A stretch of DNA of 64,000 nucleotides, from positions 15,607-79,606 of the IMG/VR virus record IMGVR_UViG_3300032319_000568. One strand, 5' to 3'. This stretch comes from a virus (lineage: Duplodnaviria > Caudoviricetes). The notes under the pieces were generated by a model. That model was given only the letters and a program-made list of their open reading frames with translations, ran no database searches and was not told where the DNA came from. Within the stretch, counting starts at the first letter, position 1. Each line of letters starts with the position of its first letter. Positions 45,344 to 55,689 of this stretch are shown here, one piece after another. The position numbers and the translations under genes were made by a program.

Positions 45344-46552
45344 TTATGTATGAACTTTTTTAATAGTAATTGATCCTGCCCCACCGTTTCCACCACTCAC
45401 AGCTGTGGGTGAAAATGGTGCTGGATAGTTAGATATACCACCTACACCACCCGAAACACTAACTGTGCCATTATTTGTATATGTTCCTCCATATAAAATC
45501 ACTATTCGACCACCTCCGGAACCTCCTCCCGCTCCACCAGCGTTTGATGGGCTTCCAATATTACCTCCATTGCTTCCTAAAGAAGTAACCGATCCAGCGG
45601 CACCAATTGTAACATTACCTTTAACTATTAAAACAATTAAACCTCCTGTACCAGATGTACCTGGATTAGCTGTGCCTCCACCGGTGACACCAAACGGAGT
45701 TCCGGCACCACCCGCTCCAAATGGTACTGCCGCGAAGCCTGCTCCACCTATCTCAAAATTACCGGCCCCCCCTGTTCCACCCGGTACTGTGGATCCACCA
45801 GCACCACCACCACCACCACCACCGCAAAATATAGTGCCTCGTCCACCTGCGCCGCCGGCGGCTGTGCAGAAACTTGAGCCTCCACCTCCTCCTCCTCCTC
45901 CGGATGTAAAAATACCTGCTGTGCCAGCTCCACCAGCACCATTACAACCACCGCCACCACCTGCTACAGTACTACCTGATATTGGAATTTTTATTTTATA
46001 GGTATTAAACCAAAAACTACCACTTGGTGCCCAATTCCAATGACTCGGAATTCCACTCGCACTAGAAGACATATTATTTACATATATACTCGCGTCTATT
46101 AAATCATAACGAAATTCCTCACTTTTATTACCTACGCCCGCTCCACGGGCTGTCATCGTAATTGTACCGTTTACTGTCAAATCACCTGTACAATAAAGTA
46201 TTAGACCTCTACATGATTTTGTTGGTCGTAAAATGATACCTGAATTTATAGTTAATGATTTGTATTGTCTTACAACTGGGTCGCCAAAATCAGTACTAGA
46301 AAAACTATTAGTAATTTGTGTACTGCTACTAAGAGTTATGTCCCCCTGTATACCGTCACCAAAAAAATTATTATATGTTGACGGTGTTGTATAAGAAACA
46401 TTATTACTGAAAAAAAAGTTATGAGTGCCTACTTTAAGTTTCCTATTTTGTATTGATGTTGGGGAAATTTCATTATTCACTATAGGAATAAGAGAATTGA
46501 CGTTGTTAACACTACCTGTTAACGTAGACATCGATGATATAGTTGTTGACAT
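45344..46552 (-). CDS. glycine-rich putative virion fibre/decoration protein (paralog 3)
   Basis: GGGGGGG..GGAGG tracts, GGLIVLIV, GGSGGGRIVILY. Confidence 0.75.
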   Translation of the reverse strand: MSTTISSMSTLTGSVNNVNSLIPIVNNEISPTSIQNRKLKVGTHNFFFSNNVSYTTPSTYNNFFGDGIQGDITLSSSTQITNSFSSTDFGDPVVRQYKSLTINSGIILRPTKSCRGLILYCTGDLTVNGTITMTARGAGVGNKSEEFRYDLIDASIYVNNMSSSASGIPSHWNWAPSGSFWFNTYKIKIPISGSTVAGGGGGCNGAGGAGTAGIFTSGGGGGGGGSSFCTAAGGAGGRGTIFCGGGGGGGAGGSTVPGGTGGAGNFEIGGAGFAAVPFGAGGAGTPFGVTGGGTANPGTSGTGGLIVLIVKGNVTIGAAGSVTSLGSNGGNIGSPSNAGGAGGGSGGGRIVILYGGTYTNNGTVSVSGGVGGISNYPAPFSPTAVSGGNGGAGSITIKKVHT

Positions 46553-46555
46553 ATT

Positions 46556-47587
46556 TTATAAAACTCCAATTTGACGAATTGTTATACTTCCAGCACCACC
46601 GTCACCACCTTTAGACGGCGACGTTCCACCGCCAGTGCCACCATTAACTGATATTGTACCTCCACTATTTACATATTGTTGACCATATAAAATTACTATT
46701 CTACCACCTCCAGAACCTCCACCGCCACCAGCAGTTCCTGAACCTCCATTTGATCCATTTGCAGATATTACACCTGTACTTCCTAAAGTAAATGTTCCTT
46801 TAACAACTAAAATTATTACGCCTCCTGTACCAGTTCCACCGATGCCACCACCAGGCCCTGCTGTGCCGCCCGGATTACCGGCTCCCCCTCCACAATTTGC
46901 TGTTGTGGCAACACCACCCGTCCCTCCATAATTTGATCCAACCGTAGCAGCGGGACCAGCACCTCCACCTGCGCCGCCGCTCCAACTGGTACCGGATCCA
47001 CCGCGGTTGCCATTAAATCCACCACCTCCTCCTCCAGTATATCCATATCCAGCGGATAATCCGTTGGAACTTATACCACCTCCACCCGAACCACTCGGAT
47101 ACAGTTTTACACTGTTAAATGAATAGTGTGGTATAAAGTTTCCATGATAATTTTTAGATTGATAAACATAATGCGCTATGCTGCCTGTAGATTTAGCGCC
47201 TAATCCTGTCATTGTTAATGTTCCGTTTATTGTACAGTTACCACCGACATATAACAATAAACATTTACATCTTTGAGACACCGTTATGGTATGACCTGAA
47301 TTAACTGTTAATGAAGTGTAGTTTTTAACTAATACTTCTTGATCCGCTGTAGTTGTGTACGTAAGACTCGATGTGGTATTTAAAGCTTTATCTGCTCCTG
47401 TACCAAACCAAGTAATTGCTGATTGAGAAAATTGTGTACATACATTTGTATACGTTATTTTTTTATTAAAATCTACATATCCGTCAGCATTTTGATCTAG
47501 AGTAGCAGTAGGATCGTAAATCAAGTAATAATTACTACTTGATACATAATTACTTTCGGGTAAATCTGTGATTCTTTTATTTGGCAT
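46556..47587 (-). CDS. glycine-rich putative virion protein (paralog 2)
   Basis: N-terminal RITDLPE; same GGVIILVV / GGSGGGRIVILY architecture. Confidence 0.75.
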   Translation of the reverse strand: MPNKRITDLPESNYVSSSNYYLIYDPTATLDQNADGYVDFNKKITYTNVCTQFSQSAITWFGTGADKALNTTSSLTYTTTADQEVLVKNYTSLTVNSGHTITVSQRCKCLLLYVGGNCTINGTLTMTGLGAKSTGSIAHYVYQSKNYHGNFIPHYSFNSVKLYPSGSGGGGISSNGLSAGYGYTGGGGGGFNGNRGGSGTSWSGGAGGGAGPAATVGSNYGGTGGVATTANCGGGAGNPGGTAGPGGGIGGTGTGGVIILVVKGTFTLGSTGVISANGSNGGSGTAGGGGGSGGGRIVILYGQQYVNSGGTISVNGGTGGGTSPSKGGDGGAGSITIRQIGVL

Positions 47588-47590
47588 AAA

Positions 47591-48736
47591 CTAATTTGAT
47601 ATAGGATATATAGTATTTAATTTTTGTGTTGTGATTGAACCAGCGCCGCCATTACCTGCTGTATTTCCTCCGGTACCGGCGGCGCCGCCTGTTGCTGTTA
47701 TAGATCCATAATTAGTTAAAGTGCCTCCATAATAGACATAAATTATACCTCCGCCACTTCCACCTCCTCCTCCACCTGTAACCGGACTGTTTGCATTTCC
47801 TCCATTTGATCCGTTGGAATCGATTGATCCGTTAGGTCCGATTTTAAGATTGCCCCGAACAATTAATATTAATAATCCTCCTGTACCACTGCCGCCTGCT
47901 TGTGCTGATCCACCGCCACTGGCTCCTCCTGGATTACCAGCTCCACCTCCGCCGTATGGAACTCTACCAGCACCACCAGCTCCACCTATTGGACTGCCGG
48001 TGCCACCTGTTACAGGACTCCCTAGGGCCGCACCACCGCCCCCCGCACCGCCGCTAAAAGAAGTGCCTGTGCCACCCGCCGCGGAGGAAGGCGCTCCGTA
48101 GCTACTACCGGCTCCTCCGCCACCAGATCTACCGCCTACACCTGTTAAACCGTCTATTTGTGGAGAGGGTGCGCCTGTGCCACCGCCAGCGCCTACACTA
48201 AATACACGTGATAAATAACTTGATGACGGAAATAATCGGGGAGTCCAATAATCACCTAAATACGGTGGATTTACAGGATAAAACGACGCGTCTGTACCTG
48301 TAGCACTTGCTCCTCTCTGGGTCATACTCAAACTTCCACTTATAGTTGCGTCTCCGTCTACAAAAACAACCATTCCTTTACACCTATTTGTTGGTTTACA
48401 TATTACGCTTTTGGATATAAAAAGAGAAGTGAAATTTTTAATTAAAGCAGGACCATCTACTGTTGACGCAAATGAACTTGAAACTAATGTGCGTACAGTT
48501 GTTATAGATCCTGTGAACATACCAACGGCATCTCTATTATCTCCAAAATAATAAAATCCAGGAGTGTGTTTAGTAAATGCTGATGTACTTGTTGTTGATG
48601 TAAAATATAATTTTCTTATATCACCGATTGTAATTTTTTTGTTTTTATTTGACGGTGATACACTGTCTACTATAGGAACAAATGCCGAGGAAGTGATTGT
48701 TGTATATTCCGGTAAATCTGTAATACGAGTTGGCAT
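47591..48736 (-). CDS. glycine-rich putative virion protein (paralog 1)
   Basis: N-terminal RITDLPE; GGLLILIV / GGSGGGIIYVYY. Confidence 0.75.
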   Translation of the reverse strand: MPTRITDLPEYTTITSSAFVPIVDSVSPSNKNKKITIGDIRKLYFTSTTSTSAFTKHTPGFYYFGDNRDAVGMFTGSITTVRTLVSSSFASTVDGPALIKNFTSLFISKSVICKPTNRCKGMVVFVDGDATISGSLSMTQRGASATGTDASFYPVNPPYLGDYWTPRLFPSSSYLSRVFSVGAGGGTGAPSPQIDGLTGVGGRSGGGGAGSSYGAPSSAAGGTGTSFSGGAGGGGAALGSPVTGGTGSPIGGAGGAGRVPYGGGGAGNPGGASGGGSAQAGGSGTGGLLILIVRGNLKIGPNGSIDSNGSNGGNANSPVTGGGGGGSGGGIIYVYYGGTLTNYGSITATGGAAGTGGNTAGNGGAGSITTQKLNTIYPISN

Positions 48737-48739
48737 AAT

Positions 48740-50101
48740 TTATATAAAGTTTCTATTCCATGTAAAAGATTGCGATATACTTAATAAATATCCATTGTTT
48801 TTGTTTTGAGTGGAATTGAATATATATGACATCAACGTTTTATTGTTTTGTATGCCAATTCCAAAACTTTTCCAATTTGAGTTATTGGATTCTACATCGT
48901 TAAAAGTAGCTACTTTATATAATGTATAACCATAACTACTAGTAGGAAATACAGATTTAAACACCGAACTTTTATCAATCGATTTAGATACAAAAGAGCC
49001 ACTTCTTATAATATTAATACCCCAAGTTGGATTTGGTGTAGAATCTGAACTGGTATATATATATAACTTATTATAATTTGTGGTGGGTAGTCCATAAATT
49101 CCACGGTTGCTATTAAAATAAGGTTCATTGCCGTGTAAACCCTCGTCTATGTAAGAGGATTGTCCTGTTGAAGTAACTCTACTTAAACCATATAAATTCA
49201 TTTGACTACTACCTGTAATGTTATTATTTCCTAACACCACATATTTTGTGGTGGTTGTAGTAGGATCCATTTCAATTCGCAACGAATAATATACTGATAA
49301 AGATTGTCCTCCTTGTAATGTTACCGCGTTTCCTTTTGGACCTTCGGTTAGACGAACGCGACTAAACAACGGAGTGCCATTGGCATATGGTATCCATGTA
49401 AATCCCAATTCTCTAACAGGAACAGTTTGATCTGTTGAAAAAGGAAATTTAAAATCTCGAATATGAGTGATTGTACTATTATATATTGCACTATTACAGT
49501 TAACACCGACACTACCACCGTTAGCTGTTGTGCCGACAGAAGATATACCTGCTCTTTTTAATTCAGAAGACATGCTTATTTGATTTGTTAAATAAACTGT
49601 GTAATTTGAACCAGACGACGTTCCGGTTGGTACGGTACCATCTAAATTTAATATACTACAACTTCGTTTAGCATCTATTCCATTTCGTTGGCTTATTCTA
49701 TAATAACCATCGTTATTTATATAAACAATATTTCCAACATCATCTGAATTTATAATACTACCTGTAATATTATAAAAACTACCACCAGATTTCCTTAAAC
49801 TGGGAAATGTTATCAAATTGTTAACTCTTATGGATTTAGACCATAATAAATTTACATTATAACCGTTTCCTGAAGTGTATGAGGATGTATCCGGCGTATT
49901 GGTTTTTTTAGTGTCCATACTACCATTTCCAATAACACACGTACAAAATAATTCTGAAAATGGAATGTTTGACACCTGTTCCATGCCCGAATTTAATATC
50001 AGATTATTAAAATAGCCTGTGTCACGTATAATTCTATCATCTTCATTGACAACCAATCTAACATGACCACTTAATTTATAATTAACATTATTATATAACA
50101 T
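48740..50101 (-). CDS. Ser/Thr/Asn-rich putative tail-associated protein
   Basis: FNNLILNSGM..GNG, RELG..LFSRV motifs typical of tail-associated proteins. Confidence 0.55.
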   Translation of the reverse strand: MLYNNVNYKLSGHVRLVVNEDDRIIRDTGYFNNLILNSGMEQVSNIPFSELFCTCVIGNGSMDTKKTNTPDTSSYTSGNGYNVNLLWSKSIRVNNLITFPSLRKSGGSFYNITGSIINSDDVGNIVYINNDGYYRISQRNGIDAKRSCSILNLDGTVPTGTSSGSNYTVYLTNQISMSSELKRAGISSVGTTANGGSVGVNCNSAIYNSTITHIRDFKFPFSTDQTVPVRELGFTWIPYANGTPLFSRVRLTEGPKGNAVTLQGGQSLSVYYSLRIEMDPTTTTTKYVVLGNNNITGSSQMNLYGLSRVTSTGQSSYIDEGLHGNEPYFNSNRGIYGLPTTNYNKLYIYTSSDSTPNPTWGINIIRSGSFVSKSIDKSSVFKSVFPTSSYGYTLYKVATFNDVESNNSNWKSFGIGIQNNKTLMSYIFNSTQNKNNGYLLSISQSFTWNRNFI

Positions 50102-50107
50102 TTTATA

Positions 50108-50458
50108 TTATGGTTCCAACAATAAATATGTATTGTCTTCTAAATACACATATTTTAAATTTTCATAACAAATAGTTGACCCGGTAGCGTTGCTTTCAGA
50201 AACATAATATCTTGTTTTTAAATCTATAAACTGAGAAGGTTTATCAGCGATTAATTTATTATAATAACTGTTATATGATATGTTACTTATAGATGGAAAC
50301 TCAGTAGTCAAAATCCCATTCAAATCTTCTAGATAAACAGATTGACTGTTTTGTAAGTCGATACCATTAATGGACGCACTTAAAATTCGGTAGAGTTTAT
50401 ATTCGGCATTTTGTGCAATTTTTTTATTAAAAATTATATTACTAAAATTAAATTTCAT
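50108..50458 (-). CDS. hypothetical protein
   Basis: 116 aa in structural operon. Confidence 0.6.
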   Translation of the reverse strand: MKFNFSNIIFNKKIAQNAEYKLYRILSASINGIDLQNSQSVYLEDLNGILTTEFPSISNISYNSYYNKLIADKPSQFIDLKTRYYVSESNATGSTICYENLKYVYLEDNTYLLLEP

Positions 50459-50460
50459 TA

Positions 50461-53400
50461 TTATTGATAATTTTCAGTGGCACTTCCTAAAATATAACGT
50501 CTACTTTTGAAAAATGTGTATACAGATGTAGCTCCTGGCAATATATTGTTTGGTGAAAATGAATTCGCCCATTTGACAGAATTAGGAAACGTAGGAATTA
50601 TATTGTTAGAGCCTGTATTGTTTAATATAAGAAGTTGTGAACTTCCTGTTATTATATTTGAAAATGTATATATTTCATTCGTAGCTACATTTTTTTCAAA
50701 TGTATTAGTATTCCAATTAATAACTGATCCTGTTAAAACATATACAATAGTATTGTCTAAAGCTCCTGAACCACTAGTACCAGATGATCCAGCTGCTCCT
50801 CCTATTCCACTAGTACCACTACTACCACTAGTACCACTACTACCACTAGTACCAAATGTTTGTCCACTTGTACCACTTGTACCACTAGATCCAAAACTAG
50901 TACCACTTGACCCTCCTGTACCGAATGTAGCACCACTACTACCCGCAGTACCGCTGCTACCGCTGCTACCGCTTGATCCAAAGCTAGTACCACTACTACC
51001 CGCCGCCCCGTTAGATCCACTTGTACCGGCACTACCGCTGCTACCACTTGTACCAAAACTAGTACCGCTACTACCACCTGTTCCAGCAGTACCCGCAGTA
51101 CCACTCGTACCAAATGTAGCTCCACTTGATCCGCTTGTGCCACTAGAACCACCCGAACCTTGGATACCGGTGCCACTAGAACCACTAGAACCTTGGATAC
51201 CAGTACCGCTTGATCCACTTGATCCACCTGTACCGCTTGTACCGCTTGATCCACCTGTACCACTAGATCCACTAGATCCACTAGATCCACTTGTACCACT
51301 GGATCCACTTGTACCAAAACTAGTACCACTACTACCACCTGTTCCAGCAGTACCAGCAGTACCGGCTGTACCACTTGATCCGCTTGTGCCACTTGATCCA
51401 CTTGATCCACTTGTACCACTAGATCCATTACTTCCACTTGTACCACTAGATCCGCTTGTACCGGCTGTACCACTAGATCCGCTTGTACCGGCTGTACCAC
51501 TAGATCCGCTTGTACCACTTGATCCACTTGATCCACTAAATCCACTTGTACCACTAGATCCACTTGATCCACTTGTACCACTAGATCCACTTGATCCACT
51601 TGATCCACTAGATCCACTTGTACCAAAACTAGTACCGCTACTACCACCTGTTCCAGCAGTACCAGCAGTACCGGCAGTACCGCTGCTACCACTTGTACCA
51701 AAACTAGTACCGCTACTACCACCCGTTCCAGCAGTACCCGCAGTACCCGCAGTACCAGCACTACCGCTGCTACCACTTGTACCACTAGATCCGCTGCTAC
51801 CACTTGTACCACTAGATCCACTTGATCCTGTCTCACCACTGCTACCACTAGATCCACTTGTACCACTACTACCACTAGTACCAAACGTTTCTCCACTACT
51901 ACCAGCTGATCCACTTGTACCACTTGTACCACTACTACCACTACTACCACTACTACCACTACTTCCACTAGTACCACTACTTCCACTAGTACCACTACTT
52001 CCGCTAGTACCACTACTACCACTTGTTCCTTGACTACCACTACTACCACTACTTCCGCTACTACCGCTAGATCCACTTGTACCACTTGTACCACTTGTAC
52101 CACTTGAACCACTTGTTCCTTGACTACCACTACTACCGCTACTACCGCTTGTTCCTTGACTACCACTACTACCGCTACTACCGCTACTACCGCTAGTACC
52201 AAATGTAGCACCACTACTACCACTTGTACCAAAACTTCCACTACTTCCACAACTTCCACTAGTACCGCTAGTACCAAATGTTTGACCACTTGTACCACTA
52301 CTACCACTTGTTCCAGTTGTACCACTGGATCCACTTGTACCACTTGAACCACTAGATCCACTTGTTCCGTTACTTCCCTGTAGATTTACAATCAGTATAG
52401 TACCGAAAACGGCACTTGAAGCATAACCATAAATTATACTAGCAGGAGCATCGAACGGAACGTCATACATTACGGTACCAGTGGTTCTCCCACCAACGGG
52501 ATCATTATATAACGCGCCCGAACTCGTAGTACCTGGTACTATACTTGTATTTCCATCACTTAAATTTAATCGCCAAGATGCAATTAATGAATTTAAAATA
52601 AAGTAATATTTAAATCCACGTACAACTGTTATTGTAGGGTTATTTCCGGCATAATCATCTATTCTGAAATTAAAAGGATCCACTCCTCCTCCCACGGTAC
52701 TTACATTAAATGTACTCCCACCTTCTAATCCACTAGTACCGCTACTACCACTTGTACCACTTGTACCAAAACTAGTACCACTACTACCACCTGTTCCAGC
52801 AGTACCCGCAGTACCGGCACTACCACTTGTACCAAAACTAGTACCACTACTACCACCTGTTCCAGCAGTACCAGAACTACCACTTGTACCGGTTATTCCA
52901 CTAGTTCCACTTGATCCACTTGTACCACTTGTACCACTTGTACCACTTGATCCACTTGATCCACTTGTACCAAAACTAGTACCACTACTACCACCTGTTC
53001 CAGCAGTACCAGCACTACCACTACTACCTCCGGTACCAAATGTAGCACCACTAGATCCACCACTTCCACTTGATCCACTTGATCCACTTGTACCACTAGT
53101 TCCACTTGTACCACTACTACCACTTGATCCACTACTACCACTACTACCACTAGTTCCACTTGATCCACTACTACCACTACTACCACTAGTTCCACTTGAT
53201 CCACTACTACCACTACTACCACTAGTTCCACTTGTACCTGTAGTTCCACTTGATCCACTTGATCCACTTGATCCACTTGATCCACTTGATCCACTTGTTC
53301 CACTTGACCCTCCTGTACCGAATGTAGCACCGCTACTACCATTACTACCTGTAGCACCACTAGATCCGGTTTGTCCACTTGAACCATTACTACCTGAACT

Positions 53401-53544
53401 TCCAGTACCTCCGGTCGATTTAAATACTTCACCTGTAACAGTGTCTATAGTGAGAACATAGCCAGTGAAATTAACGGGTATATTGCTTATAAACAGAGAG
53501 CCTGTAATTTTAGGTGTTAATATGTGTGGCGAATCAATAATCAT
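50461..53544 (-). CDS. collagen-like Gly-Ser/Thr-Ser repeat fibre protein with central cupredoxin-like domain
   Basis: long G-X-Y runs (GSS, GTS, GTA) interrupted by GxxF; globular insert about 52381-52728 (NPTITVVRG..Y..VPFDAP). Confidence 0.8.
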   Translation of the reverse strand: MIIDSPHILTPKITGSLFISNIPVNFTGYVLTIDTVTGEVFKSTGGTGSSGSNGSSGQTGSSGATGSNGSSGATFGTGGSSGTSGSSGSSGSSGSSGSSGTTGTSGTSGSSGSSGSSGTSGSSGSSGSSGTSGSSGSSGSSGSSGTSGTSGTSGSSGSSGSGGSSGATFGTGGSSGSAGTAGTGGSSGTSFGTSGSSGSSGTSGTSGTSGSSGTSGITGTSGSSGTAGTGGSSGTSFGTSGSAGTAGTAGTGGSSGTSFGTSGTSGSSGTSGLEGGSTFNVSTVGGGVDPFNFRIDDYAGNNPTITVVRGFKYYFILNSLIASWRLNLSDGNTSIVPGTTSSGALYNDPVGGRTTGTVMYDVPFDAPASIIYGYASSAVFGTILIVNLQGSNGTSGSSGSSGTSGSSGTTGTSGSSGTSGQTFGTSGTSGSCGSSGSFGTSGSSGATFGTSGSSGSSGSSGSQGTSGSSGSSGSQGTSGSSGTSGTSGTSGSSGSSGSSGSSGSQGTSGSSGTSGSSGTSGSSGTSGSSGSSGSSGSSGTSGTSGSAGSSGETFGTSGSSGTSGSSGSSGETGSSGSSGTSGSSGSSGTSGSSGSAGTAGTAGTAGTGGSSGTSFGTSGSSGTAGTAGTAGTGGSSGTSFGTSGSSGSSGSSGSSGTSGSSGSSGTSGFSGSSGSSGTSGSSGTAGTSGSSGTAGTSGSSGTSGSNGSSGTSGSSGSSGTSGSSGTAGTAGTAGTGGSSGTSFGTSGSSGTSGSSGSSGSSGTGGSSGTSGTGGSSGSSGTGIQGSSGSSGTGIQGSGGSSGTSGSSGATFGTSGTAGTAGTGGSSGTSFGTSGSSGSAGTSGSNGAAGSSGTSFGSSGSSGSSGTAGSSGATFGTGGSSGTSFGSSGTSGTSGQTFGTSGSSGTSGSSGTSGIGGAAGSSGTSGSGALDNTIVYVLTGSVINWNTNTFEKNVATNEIYTFSNIITGSSQLLILNNTGSNNIIPTFPNSVKWANSFSPNNILPGATSVYTFFKSRRYILGSATENYQ
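50760..53410 (-). repeat. coding 9-bp minisatellite-like tracts with higher-order repeats
   Basis: GGTAGTAGT, GGATCAAGT, GGTACAAGT units; recurrent GTAGTGGTACTAGTTTTGGTACAAGTGG blocks; interrupted 52376-52730. Confidence 0.9.
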
Positions 53545-53648
53545 AATTTACATAAATTCTGTATTATTATAAATATTTAAATTGTTTAAAATAACTATTT
53601 TTAATTTTCTATTTGATATAGTATTATGGTCGGTATTGATGTTAAAAT

Positions 53649-54353
53649 ATGATAAATTATAAAGAAATTGACTGTGAAGATTTGAGTCTTAAATTTGCCA
53701 AAGAAAGGCGAGTAGTTATCGATAATTTTTTGGATATAGATTTTGCCGAGAAATTGTATAAATATTATTCTGCGGATATGCCTAAATCTTTGTGGTGTGC
53801 TACTTATATGCCGTCTTACAAATTTCCACATACATGGGAGTGGTGGCAAAATATACCTATAAATCGGTATAATATGGAACAGGCGTATCAACACGTTTGT
53901 TCTGCTAGAGATAGTTCAATGTTTAGTTATTTTTTTTATAAAACGATGTTGACTGAGGCTATGAGATCTGATAGTGTTATATATGATGAGACTATTAATT
54001 TTTTTAATAGTAATGTTATGATAGAATTTATTAATAAAGTGACTGATTTGAATGTTGTCTCAGGTGAAAAAACATTTGTTAGTAGATATGCTGAAAATTG
54101 CTTTTTAAGCAAACATACAGATGAAGTCAATGGAAAATTAGCATTTGTATTACATTTAAGCAAAAATTGGAATCCTGATTGGGGAGGATTATATTTAAAT
54201 TTGAAAGATGATTCTGATATTAAAGTGGTCAATCCATCTTTCAATAAATTGGTTATATTTGAAGTTGCCGAAGGAACATCTCCTCATAGTGTTACACAAG
54301 TTGTTGGTAATAGTTTGAATCAGAGAATTAGTATAAGTGGATGGTATAATTAA
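53649..54353 (+). CDS. 2OG-Fe(II) oxygenase (prolyl-hydroxylase-like)
   Basis: FLSKHTD, AFVLHL..W.PDWGG, FNKLVIF, HSV, RISISGW. Confidence 0.9.
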   Translation: MINYKEIDCEDLSLKFAKERRVVIDNFLDIDFAEKLYKYYSADMPKSLWCATYMPSYKFPHTWEWWQNIPINRYNMEQAYQHVCSARDSSMFSYFFYKTMLTEAMRSDSVIYDETINFFNSNVMIEFINKVTDLNVVSGEKTFVSRYAENCFLSKHTDEVNGKLAFVLHLSKNWNPDWGGLYLNLKDDSDIKVVNPSFNKLVIFEVAEGTSPHSVTQVVGNSLNQRISISGWYN

Positions 54354-55038
54354 AAATATGTATATTCCAATTGAACATGAAAAAATTCCTATTGTAACAG
54401 TTGAAAACTTTTTACCGCGGGATTATATAAATAAATTAATGACCGATTTTATTAATTTAAAAGAACACTTTGGTATACCAATGTGGACTCATGGTAAAGC
54501 ATACCATTCGGATGAACCACTTAGTCCTTTATGTACAGGTCAAGATTTATGGTTGCCGTTTGAAAAAGAACATTCAGAAAACAATAAATTTGTTGGAAAG
54601 TATGTAAAGGGTTTAAATGAATATATTTTTCATCAAGGAATATTAAACTTTTTAACTAATTGTAGACACGAAGAATTAACAGCATACTCTAAATTTAGAT
54701 ATCATTATAAATATCACATAGTAAATTATGGAGACGCGTCTTATTATAATTGGCACCGTGATCTTGATTTGGATGGTATGACTTGGGATAACGTGGAAGT
54801 GCATAAAAAGAATGCATTTACGTTCGCGTTAACATTGGTTAAAGATGTTAATTTAATTAAGGGCGGTGACCAATTATTTATGTATAAAAATAATATACAC
54901 AAAATACCTTTATCAAATAATCAGTTAACCATATTTCCATCTACAGTATATCACAGTTGTACAGAAATTACAGCTCCTACTGATTTAGCATGGGAAAACA
55001 AGAGATTTAATATACAGGCGTGGTTGTGTCATGTATGA
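54337..55038 (+). CDS. 2OG-Fe(II) oxygenase
   Basis: YYNWHRD, KGG, IFPS..YHSC, RFNIQAW. Confidence 0.88.
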   Translation: MDGIIKNMYIPIEHEKIPIVTVENFLPRDYINKLMTDFINLKEHFGIPMWTHGKAYHSDEPLSPLCTGQDLWLPFEKEHSENNKFVGKYVKGLNEYIFHQGILNFLTNCRHEELTAYSKFRYHYKYHIVNYGDASYYNWHRDLDLDGMTWDNVEVHKKNAFTFALTLVKDVNLIKGGDQLFMYKNNIHKIPLSNNQLTIFPSTVYHSCTEITAPTDLAWENKRFNIQAWLCHV

Positions 55039-55104
55039 TATTTAGTTCACTACCTTGTGTATCTATTTTAATTAAATCACATGTATTAATAAAAGAATTG
55101 CAGA

Positions 55105-55543
55105 ATGATAAAGTCAACAAAAACAACCCTTGATTTTGCAAATAAAGCAAAATTAAAGAATCTTCATCAATTCGTTGATGAATATAGAAGTGTTGTTGTC
55201 AAATTTGTTGATTTACTTTGGAATCTTGAAAAGATTCCTTCTTTGATTCCAAAAGAAATTACATCACAAGTCAAAGATGCTCACAATGCGGATGGACTCG
55301 GAAGCTTAATCGTAAGCGAAAGCAATTCAGGTGTGATAAATGTGCATATGCATGTGATGCGGATTTGAATGCTTCAATTAACTTAAGCCTCAATCTTGTT
55401 GCGATAACGAAACAAGAACGATTGCAGCAGAACAATAGAAGTGGATTTTATTGGAATGTTGTGAGCAAGGAACCTATAGTTCCTAGTGTTCAAAAAACTT
55501 GACATATTGAAATTTTTCAATATAATAAGTAACTATCATTCAC
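55105..55543 (+). mobile_element. tnpB: internally deleted IS200/IS605-family tnpB remnant with right end
   Basis: N-terminal MIKSTKTTLDFANK..; from 55269 in another frame SQRCSQCG..FRCDKC..ADLNASINL to stop 55502; hairpin and end ..TTCAC at 55543. Confidence 0.8.
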
Positions 55544-55615
55544 AAGTTTCCATCTATCACCAGGTGAAACACGTGTTGCTATAATTTCGTTGTGCTCTGT
55601 AATCTTTTTGTTCAT
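55517..55615 (-). pseudogene. 5' fragment of a small gene truncated at the tnpB right end
   Basis: MNKKITEHNEIIATRVSPGDRWKLV runs into the element at 55543; own promoter TTGAAA-17-TATAGT upstream. Confidence 0.45.
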
Positions 55616-55689
55616 AAAATATTAACACTATAGTAATACTTATCGTAATTTTCAACTATTTTGTTTTTATATTTATTCATCGGTTAATT

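Noticed and set aside
45465-48101. Pro-rich plus-strand ORFs (45465..46001, 47814..48101) and alternative-frame minus ORFs
   Set aside because: Antisense or off-frame shadows of poly-Gly codons
50507-53432. Long Pro/Leu/Val-rich and Val/Gln-rich ORFs (50507..52033 +, 50802..52361 -, 52120..52347 +, 52893..53432 -)
   Set aside because: Shadow frames of the Gly-Ser-Thr repeat gene; the 9-bp repeats lack stops in alternative frames
53649-55038. 2OG oxygenases as collagen prolyl hydroxylases for the adjacent fibre
   Set aside because: The repeat tracts contain essentially no proline
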